A stretch of 64,000 nucleotides of DNA from Pseudogymnoascus verrucosus (Eukaryota): the NCBI GenBank assembly GCA_001662655.1, contig KV460224.1; one strand, written 5' to 3'. Made by a program: the position numbers and the translations under genes. The notes below the pieces were generated by a model that was given only the letters and a program-made list of their open reading frames with translations, was not told the DNA's origin and ran no database searches. Of this stretch, positions 37,467-50,056 are shown in pieces (the stretch's first letter is position 1; each line of letters starts with the position of its first letter).

Positions 37467-39984
37467 ATGAGCGATGATGATCAAGCTAGAGATGTATATA
37501 TGAGCAGAGTTCAAGAAGAAGCACATTATCTCATGTTGTCTACTGGCACGATGCCTCGCAAAGAAAGGAAACCAATACGTCGCCGCAAACCTACAGCGAG
37601 GAAAACTGCAGTGAGGAGTATATTCAGTAAGCCAGAGCGGAATGCATCGAGCCTTGAATATGACTCCGAAGATTCAGAGATAGAGGCAGCCGCACAAGGG
37701 AAAGGGTATGGATCTCACTGTATCACCTCCGCAGAAGCTAATGAGAATAGTGCTCGCTACATTGCCGCAACTGATTTCGGAGCGACGTATACTGCCATTT
37801 CGCTCCTACGTGTCGACGAGAATGGAAATGCAGACCCAAATATAATACCCATCTCAAATTACCCAGACGACCCGAGGACTGTGATGGGCGAATCAAGTAT
37901 TCAAGTTCCAACTCAGATTGGATATTGCGACAACGACCTAGAAGAACAGCTATCCGTCGAACCGGATTCTAGGACGTACGATGCCCTTCTTCAGTCTGAC
38001 TCTGACGAGTACCAAGTGTCGAAGTCCAGATGGTACAAATCTAAGCTTCGGGAGACCAAGAAGAACCAGAAGACTACAATTTGGGGATTCGAAGTCCAGA
38101 ATAAGCTCAACCCAGAGATGGATAGTGCCAAGGTAAACCTTATTTCTGGGTTTAAGCTTTTATTAGACAGGAGCGAAGATACAAAGTCGGAACGAGAGTA
38201 TATTTGCAATACCATGGAACAGTTACAACGCCGAAAACTCATCGCAAAAGATGAGAACATTATCGCCACTTTTTTGACGCACTTATTTCTACATGCAAAA
38301 CAACAGTCGAGAGATGTGCATGGGATCCCTGCTTCAGCTTGTATTGAGCATGCCCTTAGTGTTCCCATATTATGGGATGCTTATTCCCGACTACTGTTTC
38401 AAAATGCTATACAAATAGCAATTGAAGCCTCGGGGTTTGGTACTATGGAAAATTTGTTCTTTGTCTCTGAGCCCGAGGGAGCCTTGACCTACGTACTGTC
38501 ATCATCGTCGGATTACAGGGTACGTAATAGCATTCATAAATACAAGCAGCTACTAAGAAATTGAATCATAGCCTGGAGATAAGGTTTTGAACCTTGACCT
38601 TGGTGGCATAACTGTAGATGCTGGAATTTTTGAAGTCAAGCACGACTTCCCCTTGAGACTCGGTGATGAACCCCTTGTTACACCAGAAGGTAATTTTAAT
38701 CCGCTTTTAAAGTAGCAAAGATACTAACATGATTTAGGGCCCTTGCATGGATCAAGCTTCCTTAACAGCGATTTTCGGAAGCACCTTGAGAAACGCTTAG
38801 AAGACGATATTGAACCTGTAGAGAGAAACGGGCGTAAATTTCAAGACGTCCTCGATGAATCCACCTGGGAGTTTGAGAGGAATATTAAACGAAATGTGGA
38901 CTTTTATAAGCCACTGCCATTACGATACATCAAAGCTGACGGAATTAAAAAGGATCGTACGAAGCGATTCATAGATAATAATGTGATACTAGAACGGTAG
39001 GCCTCTATAATTTGGGATGAAGTAGGTGATGGGAGCTGATTTTGGTAGATCTGATCTTTATGATATATTTGAGCCTCGCTTGACAGGAATCAGGGCACTA
39101 ATACGACAACAACATATCGCTGCAAAACAGAAAGGGCATATCGTGGACAAAGTTGTCATGACCGGAGGTTTCTCAACATCAGAATCTATTCGGGGTCTTG
39201 TACGGATAGTCCTCAAGCAAATATCGGCAGAATTTGGCTATCCAGTTGCGTTAATGAACGATTGGAACAATACAGTACCGTAAGTCCCCCTTTTCAAAAC
39301 GTAATATCCCATTAAACTTATATATATGTGACAGTCCAGATTATATGTCACGCGGGGTAGCCCACCGGGCCTACCAGAAATACGGTGGCCCGTTAAGAAT
39401 ATCGGAACTCAGCTACGGGTTTGAGATAATGGAGACATATGATCCCGAAGTATTTGAAGCTCATAGAGGCATTACACCCCATGTGGACGAAACTGATGGT
39501 TGCAAGTACGTGAAAAATGTACTAGATTGGCCTCTTACCAAGGTATGCATTGTATCCATTTAAAGTCTAAGAAATCTACTTATCTCAGAAGGGTATTGAA
39601 CTTGGCGAACATGCAGAATACCCAGTTCCCCTTTATCACTATTTCAACGTAAGGAAGAAAACAGTCACATTCGAAGAAACACTCTATGTGTCCAACACAT
39701 GCACGGAATCGCATTACAGTAAGCACCATGAGATGAACAGGGGAAAGTTCCAAGTTGCAGGGGTAATCTCAGTCGACATGACCCCCCTTGCGACAAGCGG
39801 CAAACTAGAAATCGTGAAGAATAAAAAAACTAGGCAATCCTTTTACGTGGTCGAATTTGACCTTGTTATAATTGTTAACAGCCGTGGGTTAACATACGAG
39901 GCCCGTTATCCAAGAAAAAGTAAAGTCAGCTGGGGCCAAAGCCAGAGTTGCATCGCAGCCGCATTTAGGCCTGGAACAATGTGA
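37467..39984 (+). CDS. Divergent Hsp70-family (HSPA12-like) actin-fold ATPase, multi-exon
   Basis: Phosphate-1 IAATDFGATYT, GFKLLL, LSVPILW, VSEPEGAL, phosphate-2 LNLDLGGITVD (exon from 38572), GSSFLN, adenosine motif VVMTGGFSTS; about five GT-AG introns. Confidence 0.85.
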
Positions 39985-40543
39985 CAGAACTAGCTTCTCT
40001 ACCCCGCAATAGGATATGGAATTTCTTGGAAGTTTGGAATGTGGTAGGGCGAGTAGACTGTTTCATTATACTCGAGTAGAGATGACCGGCGGTTTACTTT
40101 GGTGATCGAATGATGGTGGTGGGACGAAGAATTTTCGGATTGGAAATGTCATGCAGGATACAGTGTTGGATCGGACAATAGCAAGGTGGTGTTTAATATT
40201 TCACATAGTGTATTGCTTGAAATTAGGTTTTAATTGGCGTATTTTGATTGCAGCGATATCACAGTGGAATAGTCAGTATCTACCTGCATAAATGTATGTG
40301 AGGAAGCTATTGGTTTTGTCACGCACGACATCGTTGACATCAGCCCCCTCAAAAAAAGGTGGCAGAAACACAACTATCATATCGCACATCTGCATCTCCT
40401 TGTCCTCTACAACAAATATCACTTCGCCTTATCAAATGAGTGTGTGTTTACATGAGGCATAATTAGGTCATAAAATAGTAATGATTACACCATAGGAAAC
40501 CCTACAATCAGGAAATCGGGATAAGTGTACCTATAGTGTTTCC

Positions 40544-41899
40544 CTAACTAGACGAACGGGGCAAGGTCAGTTGAGTAATCCACCTCGAAATATACTCCAC
40601 CACATCTCCATCGACGTGGCCCCCTACCACATTATATTCATCCGGCGATGACATCCCCTTCCCCTTCCGAAACATATGGTTCATATCATCGTAAACTTTG
40701 AACTCTATCCCCATAATTTCATCCAATCCTTTCTTCCAGCCCTCAAAGTCGTCCTTTAGCGTAACCTGATAGTCCCTTCCTCCTTGCATTATCAACATTG
40801 GCTTCCCCAACCCTGCGGCGGTGGAGACAGGATTATAATTCCTAATATCAAGCCAATATGATGCAGGCACTGCGAAAGGAAGTTTCGATGTCGGCGTCGA
40901 GAGACTGAGGGTAGGACTTTCAACAAGCTCAGCTTGTTTTGCTGCGGCGTCTAGAACGGCCTCCGAAACATGGTACGTCTTATCCTTCAACGTATTAATG
41001 TACTTCATTTGCCGAATCGCAGATCTCTGCAATGCCTCCGTCAATCCAGCGAGTATCACAAGTCCCGCGATTGAAGGCTCCTCCTTTCCAACACGTGGAG
41101 CAATACAACCACCGAGGCTGTGCCCAAGTATAAAGACTGGCAATCCCGCGACCTCAGATCGCGAGCGCAAAAGCGCGATGGCCGCGCGAGCGTGGTATAT
41201 GTACTCGTCTTCTAGTGTAATATTCTCACTGAGTCTTTCTGCGTGCGCAAAAGCTGCCTTGTCGAAACGTACGCTGGCTATGCCTTTTGATGCCAGACCC
41301 CATGCCAGATCCTTGAAGGGTTTAAGTTGCCCCACTGAGGAGTTGCGGTCAGCAGCGCCAGAACCTTGGAGCATTATAATCGCTGCGCATGGGCTGTGAG
41401 GGAGGACGAGGCTTGCGGGGACATCGCGATCGTCGGCTCCGAGCGTAACTTCTGACTCCTCAAACAACGACTCATCAACATAATCCGGCGGCGACCAAGG
41501 CACATTGGAGTGGTCAGGGACTGCGCGGATGGATGTCACGTAGCCACTAGTGCTGATACGGACGACCACTTTTACAGCAATCTTTTCGAGAACGAGCGGG
41601 AAGCGCACGATTGTCACGTCACCGCTCTTGGTAACCTCGCCTTCCCCAACGGATACCACTTTGCCCTGTGAATCGAGTACAGATTTCCATGATGTTTCCA
41701 GCTTATTAGTCGACAGGAGCCAGCGAATGCGACGGGTTAAGAGATTGCGCAGGTCTTGGTAGGAGCCTGCTTCAAGAAGTTCGACAATTTTCTTGCCGAC
41801 CGTGGAGGGGTTGTCTAGGGTCCATTGTATTTTAGGCTCCTTTCCTATGACAGCGTCGACGAGAGACTGGAGTAGCGATGCGACTTTGGAGAAGGCCAT
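40544..41899 (-). CDS. Alpha/beta hydrolase with N-terminal DUF3887-like domain; intronless
   Basis: QGSGAADRN, FKDLAWGLASKGIASVRFDK, GHSLG nucleophile, QGGRDYQV, MNHMF. Confidence 0.85.
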   Translation of the reverse strand: MAFSKVASLLQSLVDAVIGKEPKIQWTLDNPSTVGKKIVELLEAGSYQDLRNLLTRRIRWLLSTNKLETSWKSVLDSQGKVVSVGEGEVTKSGDVTIVRFPLVLEKIAVKVVVRISTSGYVTSIRAVPDHSNVPWSPPDYVDESLFEESEVTLGADDRDVPASLVLPHSPCAAIIMLQGSGAADRNSSVGQLKPFKDLAWGLASKGIASVRFDKAAFAHAERLSENITLEDEYIYHARAAIALLRSRSEVAGLPVFILGHSLGGCIAPRVGKEEPSIAGLVILAGLTEALQRSAIRQMKYINTLKDKTYHVSEAVLDAAAKQAELVESPTLSLSTPTSKLPFAVPASYWLDIRNYNPVSTAAGLGKPMLIMQGGRDYQVTLKDDFEGWKKGLDEIMGIEFKVYDDMNHMFRKGKGMSSPDEYNVVGGHVDGDVVEYISRWITQLTLPRSSS

Positions 41900-43286
41900 A
41901 GCAGCGGATTAGTTGGAACTTTGGGACACAGCAAGAAAATGTTATTGTTTGGGGTTACGAGGGCTTTTGCACTGAGATGCACGACTCTGACAGAGGGCCA
42001 CGCGGAAGAGCAACGGCTTTGTCAGTTAAACGTTTCGGATGAAACGGAATGCCTCTACAGCGTCCTTGTAACAGCTGATCAGACAGGGATTAGGCAGCAA
42101 CAAATGGCTATGGTCTTAGTTTAGCTTGACGTTAGTTGTCTTGCGGCGCAGCAAGGGAAGATGCATCACAATTTGGAGAGGCGGATAAATTGCGTGGCCA
42201 ATTGTTGCCAAGCCTAAACCGGGATGTGGAGCGAAAGGTTATTTTGACCCTCCTGAATCCAACATACAACTACGGCCCGCGGCGGCGTTTGTGAGGCGGG
42301 GTAAACCGATGATTATGGATGTGTGACTACTCTGATGTTAGATCCAATGCTATCTATCCCCCGCAATAAAGGGTCCAATTTTAATGTGGAGGTGGGGGTA
42401 CGATGGCAAAGTGGACCAAGTCTGGAATCAGGATGCATACCGTTCTGGCTAGTCTTCACAGTCCAGCCGCCTGACAAATATCTGGAACTATGAGGCACCG
42501 CAACTTGTCTCCGAGGAAGGGGGCGGCAAAGATGCGACAAAGTAAATTTGATGGCGCCTATTACAAAAATAAGGTTCAAGATACCCTCATATCCAGACAC
42601 CCGGTCCGGATAAATCCTTCGTATGCATCATACCATGCAATAGAAAAATACCAGCTTCGTATAATTTAGTCATTCATTTTATCATATCATCGACAATGCT
42701 TGTTTTACCCATGGCCATTTAGCTGCGGATCCTCCAAGTCTTCGGATCTCTAAACCATTTCCGGTGGCAACGCACATCTCTTACCTGCTACAACAGGAAC
42801 CAAAAACAACTACAATGCTTCCCTAAACCATTTTAAACTTAAGGTCAATATCTGTTGCCAAATTACTTCGTCAAATTATATGCTGTTATGAGGTAGTTAG
42901 AGGTGGTTACGAGAATGAGCAGTTTCGATAACTAGGTCTGAATCCTATGACCTCATTCCAACGTCGTTAAATAGCTTCTGGTTAATTCTAAAGGTGCTTT
43001 AACTGACTCCATTGCCATTTTGGTCAATTATATGGGGAGATCATTGATGTTCACTTGTATGGAGATGCTAGATCAAAGCCAAGGAATCTAATCCTTTTCA
43101 AACATACATTAATACCATTTTTTTTTAGGAGATGCTATGCTCTAGGAGGAATATAGCCGTCAAAAGGTACATATACTTCTCTCTCTCACATCCATCTCTA
43201 TCTTTTCTATATTGACATGACTTTCAGCCTGAATAATATTCATCTTCTAAAGTATCAATTCAATTCTCCACAGCGTCAACGCTAAT

Positions 43287-43475
43287 ATGAAGCTCTTTCT
43301 CGTCATTACGGCTCTTGTCGCCGTCACTATTGCAATCCCAACGCTAGATAACCAAGCCGCTACTCCCAAAGATTTAGGTAAACGACAATTAGGCTGTACA
43401 GACTGCGATGATGGCCTCTAGTCATGCTCGACCTGCAACCCAGCTGGTGGTTGCAGAAACTACATCGCATACTGC
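43287..43475 (+). pseudogene. Small secreted Cys-rich peptide precursor with an internal TAG
   Basis: MKLFLVITALVAVTIAIPTLDNQAATPKDLGKR-QLGCTDCDDGL*SCSTCNPAGGCRNYIAYC; TAG at 43419-43421. Confidence 0.6.
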
Positions 43476-44408
43476 CAAATATGTAGTTATCCAAAGGCAT
43501 ACTCCCTCGTTTCAACTTATAATACGTGGTTAGTGGTGGAAGTGTTACGCTTGTTTGCGAATGCGCCATATCTACTTTCGCAGCTTCCTTTACGTGGATG
43601 GATGGTTCCAAGCCAAGGTGCTATTAATATGAAATAAGGGAGAGAAAACTGCAGAAATTGGCCGGCACCAATAAATAAATTGTCTCTACAATCCACGAGA
43701 GTGCTTAGCCTTGACGCGTAAGGACTTGTGACGGTGGATGCCCTTATTATTTTAATCTGTAATAGAAGAAATATGTCATAGGAATACGAGACTATCCCAA
43801 CTAATGCCTCCGCAGACACCTCGAATGCCCCATAGAATTTCCTCTAGTAATCTTGTTGCTAGGAACAAATCCCTGCTTGTCGAATGAATGCAAACTAACA
43901 TGCATTACATTGCGACTTGTGGAAGACCTATTCTCTGTATTATAAATTAACGGCGAGGATATGCACAGTTACTTAGCGAAACTGATACGGGGGGACTACA
44001 ATTTCAGCTATATCTCCTAGTCGAACCAGACAACAGACGTAAAGTAAAGCATATGCTGTAGCATGTTTACAAATTAGAATATTTTTGTCTCGGCCTTATT
44101 AAAGAATCGAACTGGGTCCAGCTATGGTCTGCGGCCGAGGGTAAAATCTTAGGAACAGGACTGGCAAACTTGCAGCGGTCGTTGAGATCCATACATCCCA
44201 TTACCCCTCTTCGTATACCCCTGACCTAGTCCTTCGCACTTTATTGGTGCTGTGTTAAACGACATGATGGTAGCACAGAATTCGATATGTGCTTAAATTT
44301 GCTGCGCTTACTGGATAACGGCTTACTGCTATTGGGCCAATGTACAACTTAAAGTCATTTATACTATGCGGGCCAAACCTCGTACCAGCCTATTTCAACT
44401 ACGATCCA

Positions 44409-45380
44409 CTATATTTCTTGGACCGTGTCAACATCAGCGACCTTATCAATTCCCCTCATGTTTCTCGGTATCTTCACATTTAGCTTTTCCAGTTCATCCT
44501 CCCACGCTTTCACGATGTCCCATTTGACTCCGTCCTTTGTTGTCGGCGGAAGTGGGGATGGAAACCCATGCAGTTTTGCGTGTCGTAAAGCCATGCCATC
44601 ATTAGCTTCATCGGTAGACCAACCTCTGAACTGGCCACCGGCTCCGTCAAAGGAGCGAAGGAATTCGTATGAGGGGTGGGACATACACGCGAAATCGTAG
44701 TCGATGAGTGCTGTGATGCGGTTGGATTTGGGATCGAATAGGATGATGTTAGCGCCTGTAATTTAAAGCATTCAGCTTAATGATGGAGTTTGAGAATTTG
44801 AAACTCGTTGAGTAACTTACTGAAGTCAGCATGTATGATAACTCGATCTTGCTTTGAGTCCAGATGTTCGAATTGTATCGGCAAACCACGCTCGACAAAA
44901 GTATCCAGACGACTCAATAGAAGCGCTCCCCCAGGCGTACACAAACGGTGCTATTTGTGGAACAAAACCAGCGAGAGCAGCAGAGGCGAGTGCAGTGGTG
45001 GCGACTTCATTTTCAATGCAGGTTGTCCGTATCATGCCCTCAGCATCAGGGTTGGCGAGGCGGAATATAAGCTCCTTGGTATCATCAGGAATGGGGACAC
45101 AGCCAGGCTGTCCAGGCCCATCGTTGGTCGCTATGATAGGTTCATTGAAGTAAACACGGTTGACAAAGTTGTTGTATTTGAAAGGGCATTCTGGGTCGCA
45201 TTGAATGGGGGTAACCTCAGCTTTTTCCTGGTAGAGAGGGACTTCGAATTAGGACTCAGGCGTGTGGGATGGCATGGGCGAGGAAAAGGTTACCTTGAGG
45301 CCAAATCGTTCCTGGAGAACGGCTTGTATGAAGTCTAGTCGGGCCTGGTATTTAACGTGGTTATGGGAGATGGTGGCCAT
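44409..45380 (-). pseudogene. APH/choline-kinase-like phosphotransferase, internally deleted and truncated
   Basis: CPFKYNNFV, IFRLANP..IENEVA, IIHADF..NIILFD..ITALIDYDF; region between ESSG and HADF is short and out of frame. Confidence 0.7.
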
Positions 45381-45755
45381 ATTTTTCTACATCTGTATTA
45401 TCTTGAATTTGACAGGAAGCAGTGAACGCTTTGTTGTATTTGGCCTATTGACACCCAAAGAGCCCATATCCCCCCCTCGCTGTTTCCTAGCTGTAAACCA
45501 ACAGTTTATGCGTCCTACAGTAGTTGTGAACAAGACATTGCCAATTATGCTTGCATGCATAAAATACAGACCTTGATTGGCTGTATAGCTCCTTTCATGC
45601 TATGAAATCACGACTGCTACTTTATTCTATTCTTGGCCTCAGGCATCTTTAGCTTTCACAGCATTCCCTGTTGGCTGTGCCGCCCATTTTATACTGAGTC
45701 ACCGCCTCACACCCTCTCTTGAATTTCATTAATGGGTCACGTTTGATTATTGAAA

Positions 45756-47196
45756 ATGGTGGAACAAGAAGCGTTGCAAGCACTCGGCGGATTTGGTGAA
45801 TGGATCTGGGGTGACGATGCTGAGACAACTGTGTTTGCTCTGGCTTTTGGAGATGGCAAGACATTAATATTTCGATTTGTGGTCGATCAGACTGAGCCTG
45901 AATCTCTTGCGACACGAGTCGTGAACTTCTTTCATGGCCTCAAAACTATCAATACAAGAGCTCGCTTTTTGGGCTGGGCCTCTATGCTCACGAAAATATG
46001 GTCATCAGTTGCTACAGTCTGGGACGAGTGTAGTGACGAACCCACTGTTGAAGATCCAGACGTCGTCATTGATATTTATGAAGCCAGGCTAACAGATAAT
46101 GCCCCCCCGCAGATAATGTGGAAAATTTGCCATGAGGTGGATCTGTTCAACAAATACGCTTACCTTCTCTTGCCACAAGACCAACTTCTTGTGAAGCAAC
46201 CGACAAACACAGTGGATTTTAAAGATTTAGTCCGGCAGCATCAGCTTGGTGGGAGAGGCTGTACTACGCTTGCACATATGCCATCCAGTCCCCAAACAAA
46301 GTATGTGTTCAAAGGGATCGACTTCAGGACCTTTTTGTTTGGCTACGAAAGCGGGCATATTCGAGAAGAAGTCAAAATATTCTATCGATCAATGGAGCTA
46401 GTTTGCAACATGCCACCCCATCCTAATGTTATGTTCCCAGCGTAGACTTTGGTCACTATCTGCAAGGAAGGTGATGACAGGCCACTTGTGTGCGGGAGTC
46501 TTTATCGGTTTATCCCAAAGGGAACTCTTGCCAGCAACATCGAGCATAATAATCAATATGGTAGACGAATATGACTATCTCAAAAGGTCAAATGGTGTTA
46601 TCAGATGGCTGCAGCGGTTGCTCATACACACCTTGTTGCTCATACTTATCACATGGATATCAAGCCTGGAAATTTCTTACTGGACGAAGAGTCGAATCTT
46701 GTGCTTATTAATTGGGAGCAAAGTGATGCACCCGTCACCACAGCAGCCCTAGAGATTGATGGGACGTGGGACATTGAAGAAATACGCAGTGAAAACCAAA
46801 CCACCACCCTTCGATACACAAAATACACGGGACCAGAGAGATGTAACATGCCAATACATGCCAATTACCACACCAAGAAATCATGGCTGGAACGTATGGA
46901 GCGTGTTTTTAGAATGGGGGAAGAAATGCCCAAAAGCCCTGGAACTCGCAGAAGTGTTTAGTCTGGGTCGTTCTGTGTGGATGTTACTACGCCAACCAGA
47001 CCTCGACAAATTCGACGATATAACATGCACAGAAGAAGTGGTGGAGGATTGGGAGTCGTCAGAGAATATCCCGGAGCATTGGAAGCGTGTGGTAGAGGAT
47101 TGCCTTCATAAGGACCCGAATAAGAGGATTGGCCTCCGCGAGCTTGTTGCTTTCTGGGATAGTGAAAGACAAGCAATGTATGAACGTAATACCTGA
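45756..47196 (+). pseudogene. Protein-kinase-like gene with a stop and a frameshift
   Basis: YVFKGID, PPHPNV, YHMDIKPGNFLLD, EVFSLG; TAG at 46443-46445; 10-bp duplication acatgccaat at about 46846-46865 shifts the frame. Confidence 0.85.
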
Positions 47197-47536
47197 GCTT
47201 AAATTGGATGGGATCGAGCAAGATTCTCCCTGTTCCCGTCAAAGAGAATTATCGACTACGAACCAGTCCCTCTTTCTTAGAGAACTTACATAGAGCAGGA
47301 GAAATATCAATTAAATGGAATAGTCGATTCCGAAGAGCAATATCAAAAGGCAGAGAGACGTTTCAAGATGATAAAACGTACGAATGGGGCTGTAGTAGGG
47401 CTGTATTCTATTCCTACAAGTATTGTAGCCAGATGCCAGATTGAAAACTGAGTTTTCAGAACAAGTCCCACCGCATTACCAATCCACGCTCTAGTTTCAG
47501 ACACAACAGGAGACTCTAGGGTAGAGCTTTTACTTT

Positions 47537-49297
47537 TCAGCCCGTCGTAGGATTCAAAGGAAATCTGACGCAGCCTTCAAATTTATCCCAATCGAAAAAA
47601 AACAATTCCTTCAAATCGCCATCCCTAAGATTCCTGCAGTCTGACTTGTGGTCCTTCTCGTTCCAACCTCTGATTCGGCACGTCTGATTATAATAAGATT
47701 AGCGTACGAAAGAGCAAACGATAGACTCCCAACTTACTACTTCGCAGTACCAGAAGAGCGAGCACTTGGTACACTTCTTCAACGACGCTGCTTGCTTACC
47801 GCACCCATGGCATGTTCTCAGCCCGTTTCTCTTCACTGAGTATTTTTGGACCCGATCGCTCAATGCTAAGATGTCACGTAGCATCATAGGGAATATCTAG
47901 TAGAACACGCTGTGTTAGAAACTGTGCTAGGTTTCTGGTGATTATCGTACCTTCAAATTCGAGGACTCCTTAAGACAGATCGCCGGATCAGAATGCATAA
48001 ACCCGCGACGATTTGCGTACAAAGTGGCAACTGTACACCCTGTGTCGACTTCTGAAGGCACAAATTCGCTCCCGGCCCCATCCGTATGAAAGATGAGCGG
48101 AATCGATACGCCGGTAATATCTTGGATATCCACCTGGAAACGGGTCTCGGTGTAGATGTCGATAATCTCAGCGAGCAATAACCAGTGCCGACGTGGTTGA
48201 TGGGTTGTCGCATCACTGCTTGAGTAGAACTCGGTGGTGATGTACTTGTCATCGGGCAAGCCATAAACGTGTGGGAATGTCGTCTGGTTGCGGAGATCTG
48301 CAACTTGTCCAGGTCGCTTTGGCTTCTCTCTCCTCCATAGCCAGTTGTCAAACTGCGTCGGATCAAGTCCGGAAGGAACATCATCCACGGCAGTTTTCCA
48401 CTGCATTGAACGTCCGTATAATCCGTGTTTTGAGGGATCCTTCAACAGAGCTTTGTTTTCAAGAACATTGGGGCCGTCGTTGCCTCCAAGAACAGCCCAC
48501 CCAAGCATCGCCTTCTGTGCAAAAATACCTACTCTAGCTAGATCCCCATTGACGACAGTAATTTTTACTACGTCTAGGAACGCCCTTGGCAAACCAGAAT
48601 CGTTAGGCCCATGTTCATTGTAAAGGGTTACCTGACGATCAACATGTCGAAGTTTTTGCGACGAGCCTGCCGATATCCCCATCAAGCCATCTCTGCCAAT
48701 GAGGTGATCTAGCACGAGAATCTCGTTGAGCCTTATATCGCTCTCTCGGCTTTGATCGGGTGGCAACGAGCAAAGACGACATGCGCAGGTAAACGCGAAT
48801 TTTCTTTGAAGCTCCTCTTGGCGAGCTTCACGGTTGTTGGTGACGCCGAGATAGTAAATTGTGATCTCCTCGCCCTTTTCTAAGTTTCGCAATGCATGGA
48901 CGGTGTGTCGCTTGATGTTCTCGTTCCAGCATTTTTGAGCGTTGTTGTCGCAGGCGTGGTTGATGCGACATGCATCAAGGAAAATACCGGCATTGTCCTG
49001 CCCAAATGGGAGGGCGTTTGTCCTCATGATACCAAGATATTTTGAGGCAGAGTCATCGGCGTAGATATTATGCATGGAAAGAAAGGCTTGGCGTTGGTTT
49101 GGAGTAAGAGCATCGACTTGCAAGCGTACGTATGATCGGAGAGTTTCGCAGTGGGGCAGATTTTCTGGGATCCTGAGAATGGGCTCTTCTGAGAGAATCC
49201 GTGTGCCCATGGGGATATCTCGGGTAGCGACAAGCCCCTTTCCTTTACCAGGAACATCTTGGATGGTGTACATCGGTTCAGTTGTTAGAGTCGACAT
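47537..49297 (-). CDS. SET-domain lysine methyltransferase with C-terminal MYND finger (SMYD/Set5-like)
   Basis: GKGKGLVATRDI, RINHACDNNA, GEEITIYY, FTCACRLC, CHGCGK..CTKCSLFWYC..HKSDC; two 3' introns. Confidence 0.85.
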
Positions 49298-50056
49298 GTT
49301 TGTGTTGTCGTTGTTCCTCAGTTAGCTGAATTCAATGTTCAGGTGGAAATGGCCTCGCGACTACTTACCAGCTCCAGTTAATCATTTGAAAAATCTGGAA
49401 AGGTTCGAAAGAATTGGTATTTGAAGGATTTGGAAAGGTTCAAAAGAATTTGGGGGTCGTTGGGGTTTGAAAGAGTTGAGAACAATTTTGAATGGTTCGG
49501 ATTTGTTTTTTTGAATGGCAGATCACACGGCAAACGAATTGCAAACGGGTTCCGGACTCTCAATTAGCACTATATTTCCTTTAAATTATATATGTATTCA
49601 AAGCCTGGCATTTAAGCACCTGTAAAACACACTCAACAATACGATTAGGTGAAATTTGGTGAAATATAAACAGTAGATCGAACTCATTGTACAGGGTGAA
49701 GCATTCCATCATGCGCCTCAGTTAAAACGGCATACGGAGCCCACAAACATACCACATACAATCAAGGCACTTCTGAGGTTTGGTTACATACCGCGTAGTT
49801 GGAACACACATCATGTAACAGTTTTATTCATTTAGAAACATCAACTGCTGGATTTTTTTCATTGACTGAATGCTACCCTTCCATCCATGTCCACCATTTC
49901 ATCTCCAAGCAGCTTTTCTGATAATACGACTACAAGGATGCAATCAAATATGCCCATGCGTATGACGAGGCGTAGACGGACCATCTCCAACTCCAACTTT
50001 GTGATCCATCTACTCCTGTTGCGGCCAGACCATCCATCCTGAAATACATATAATCC

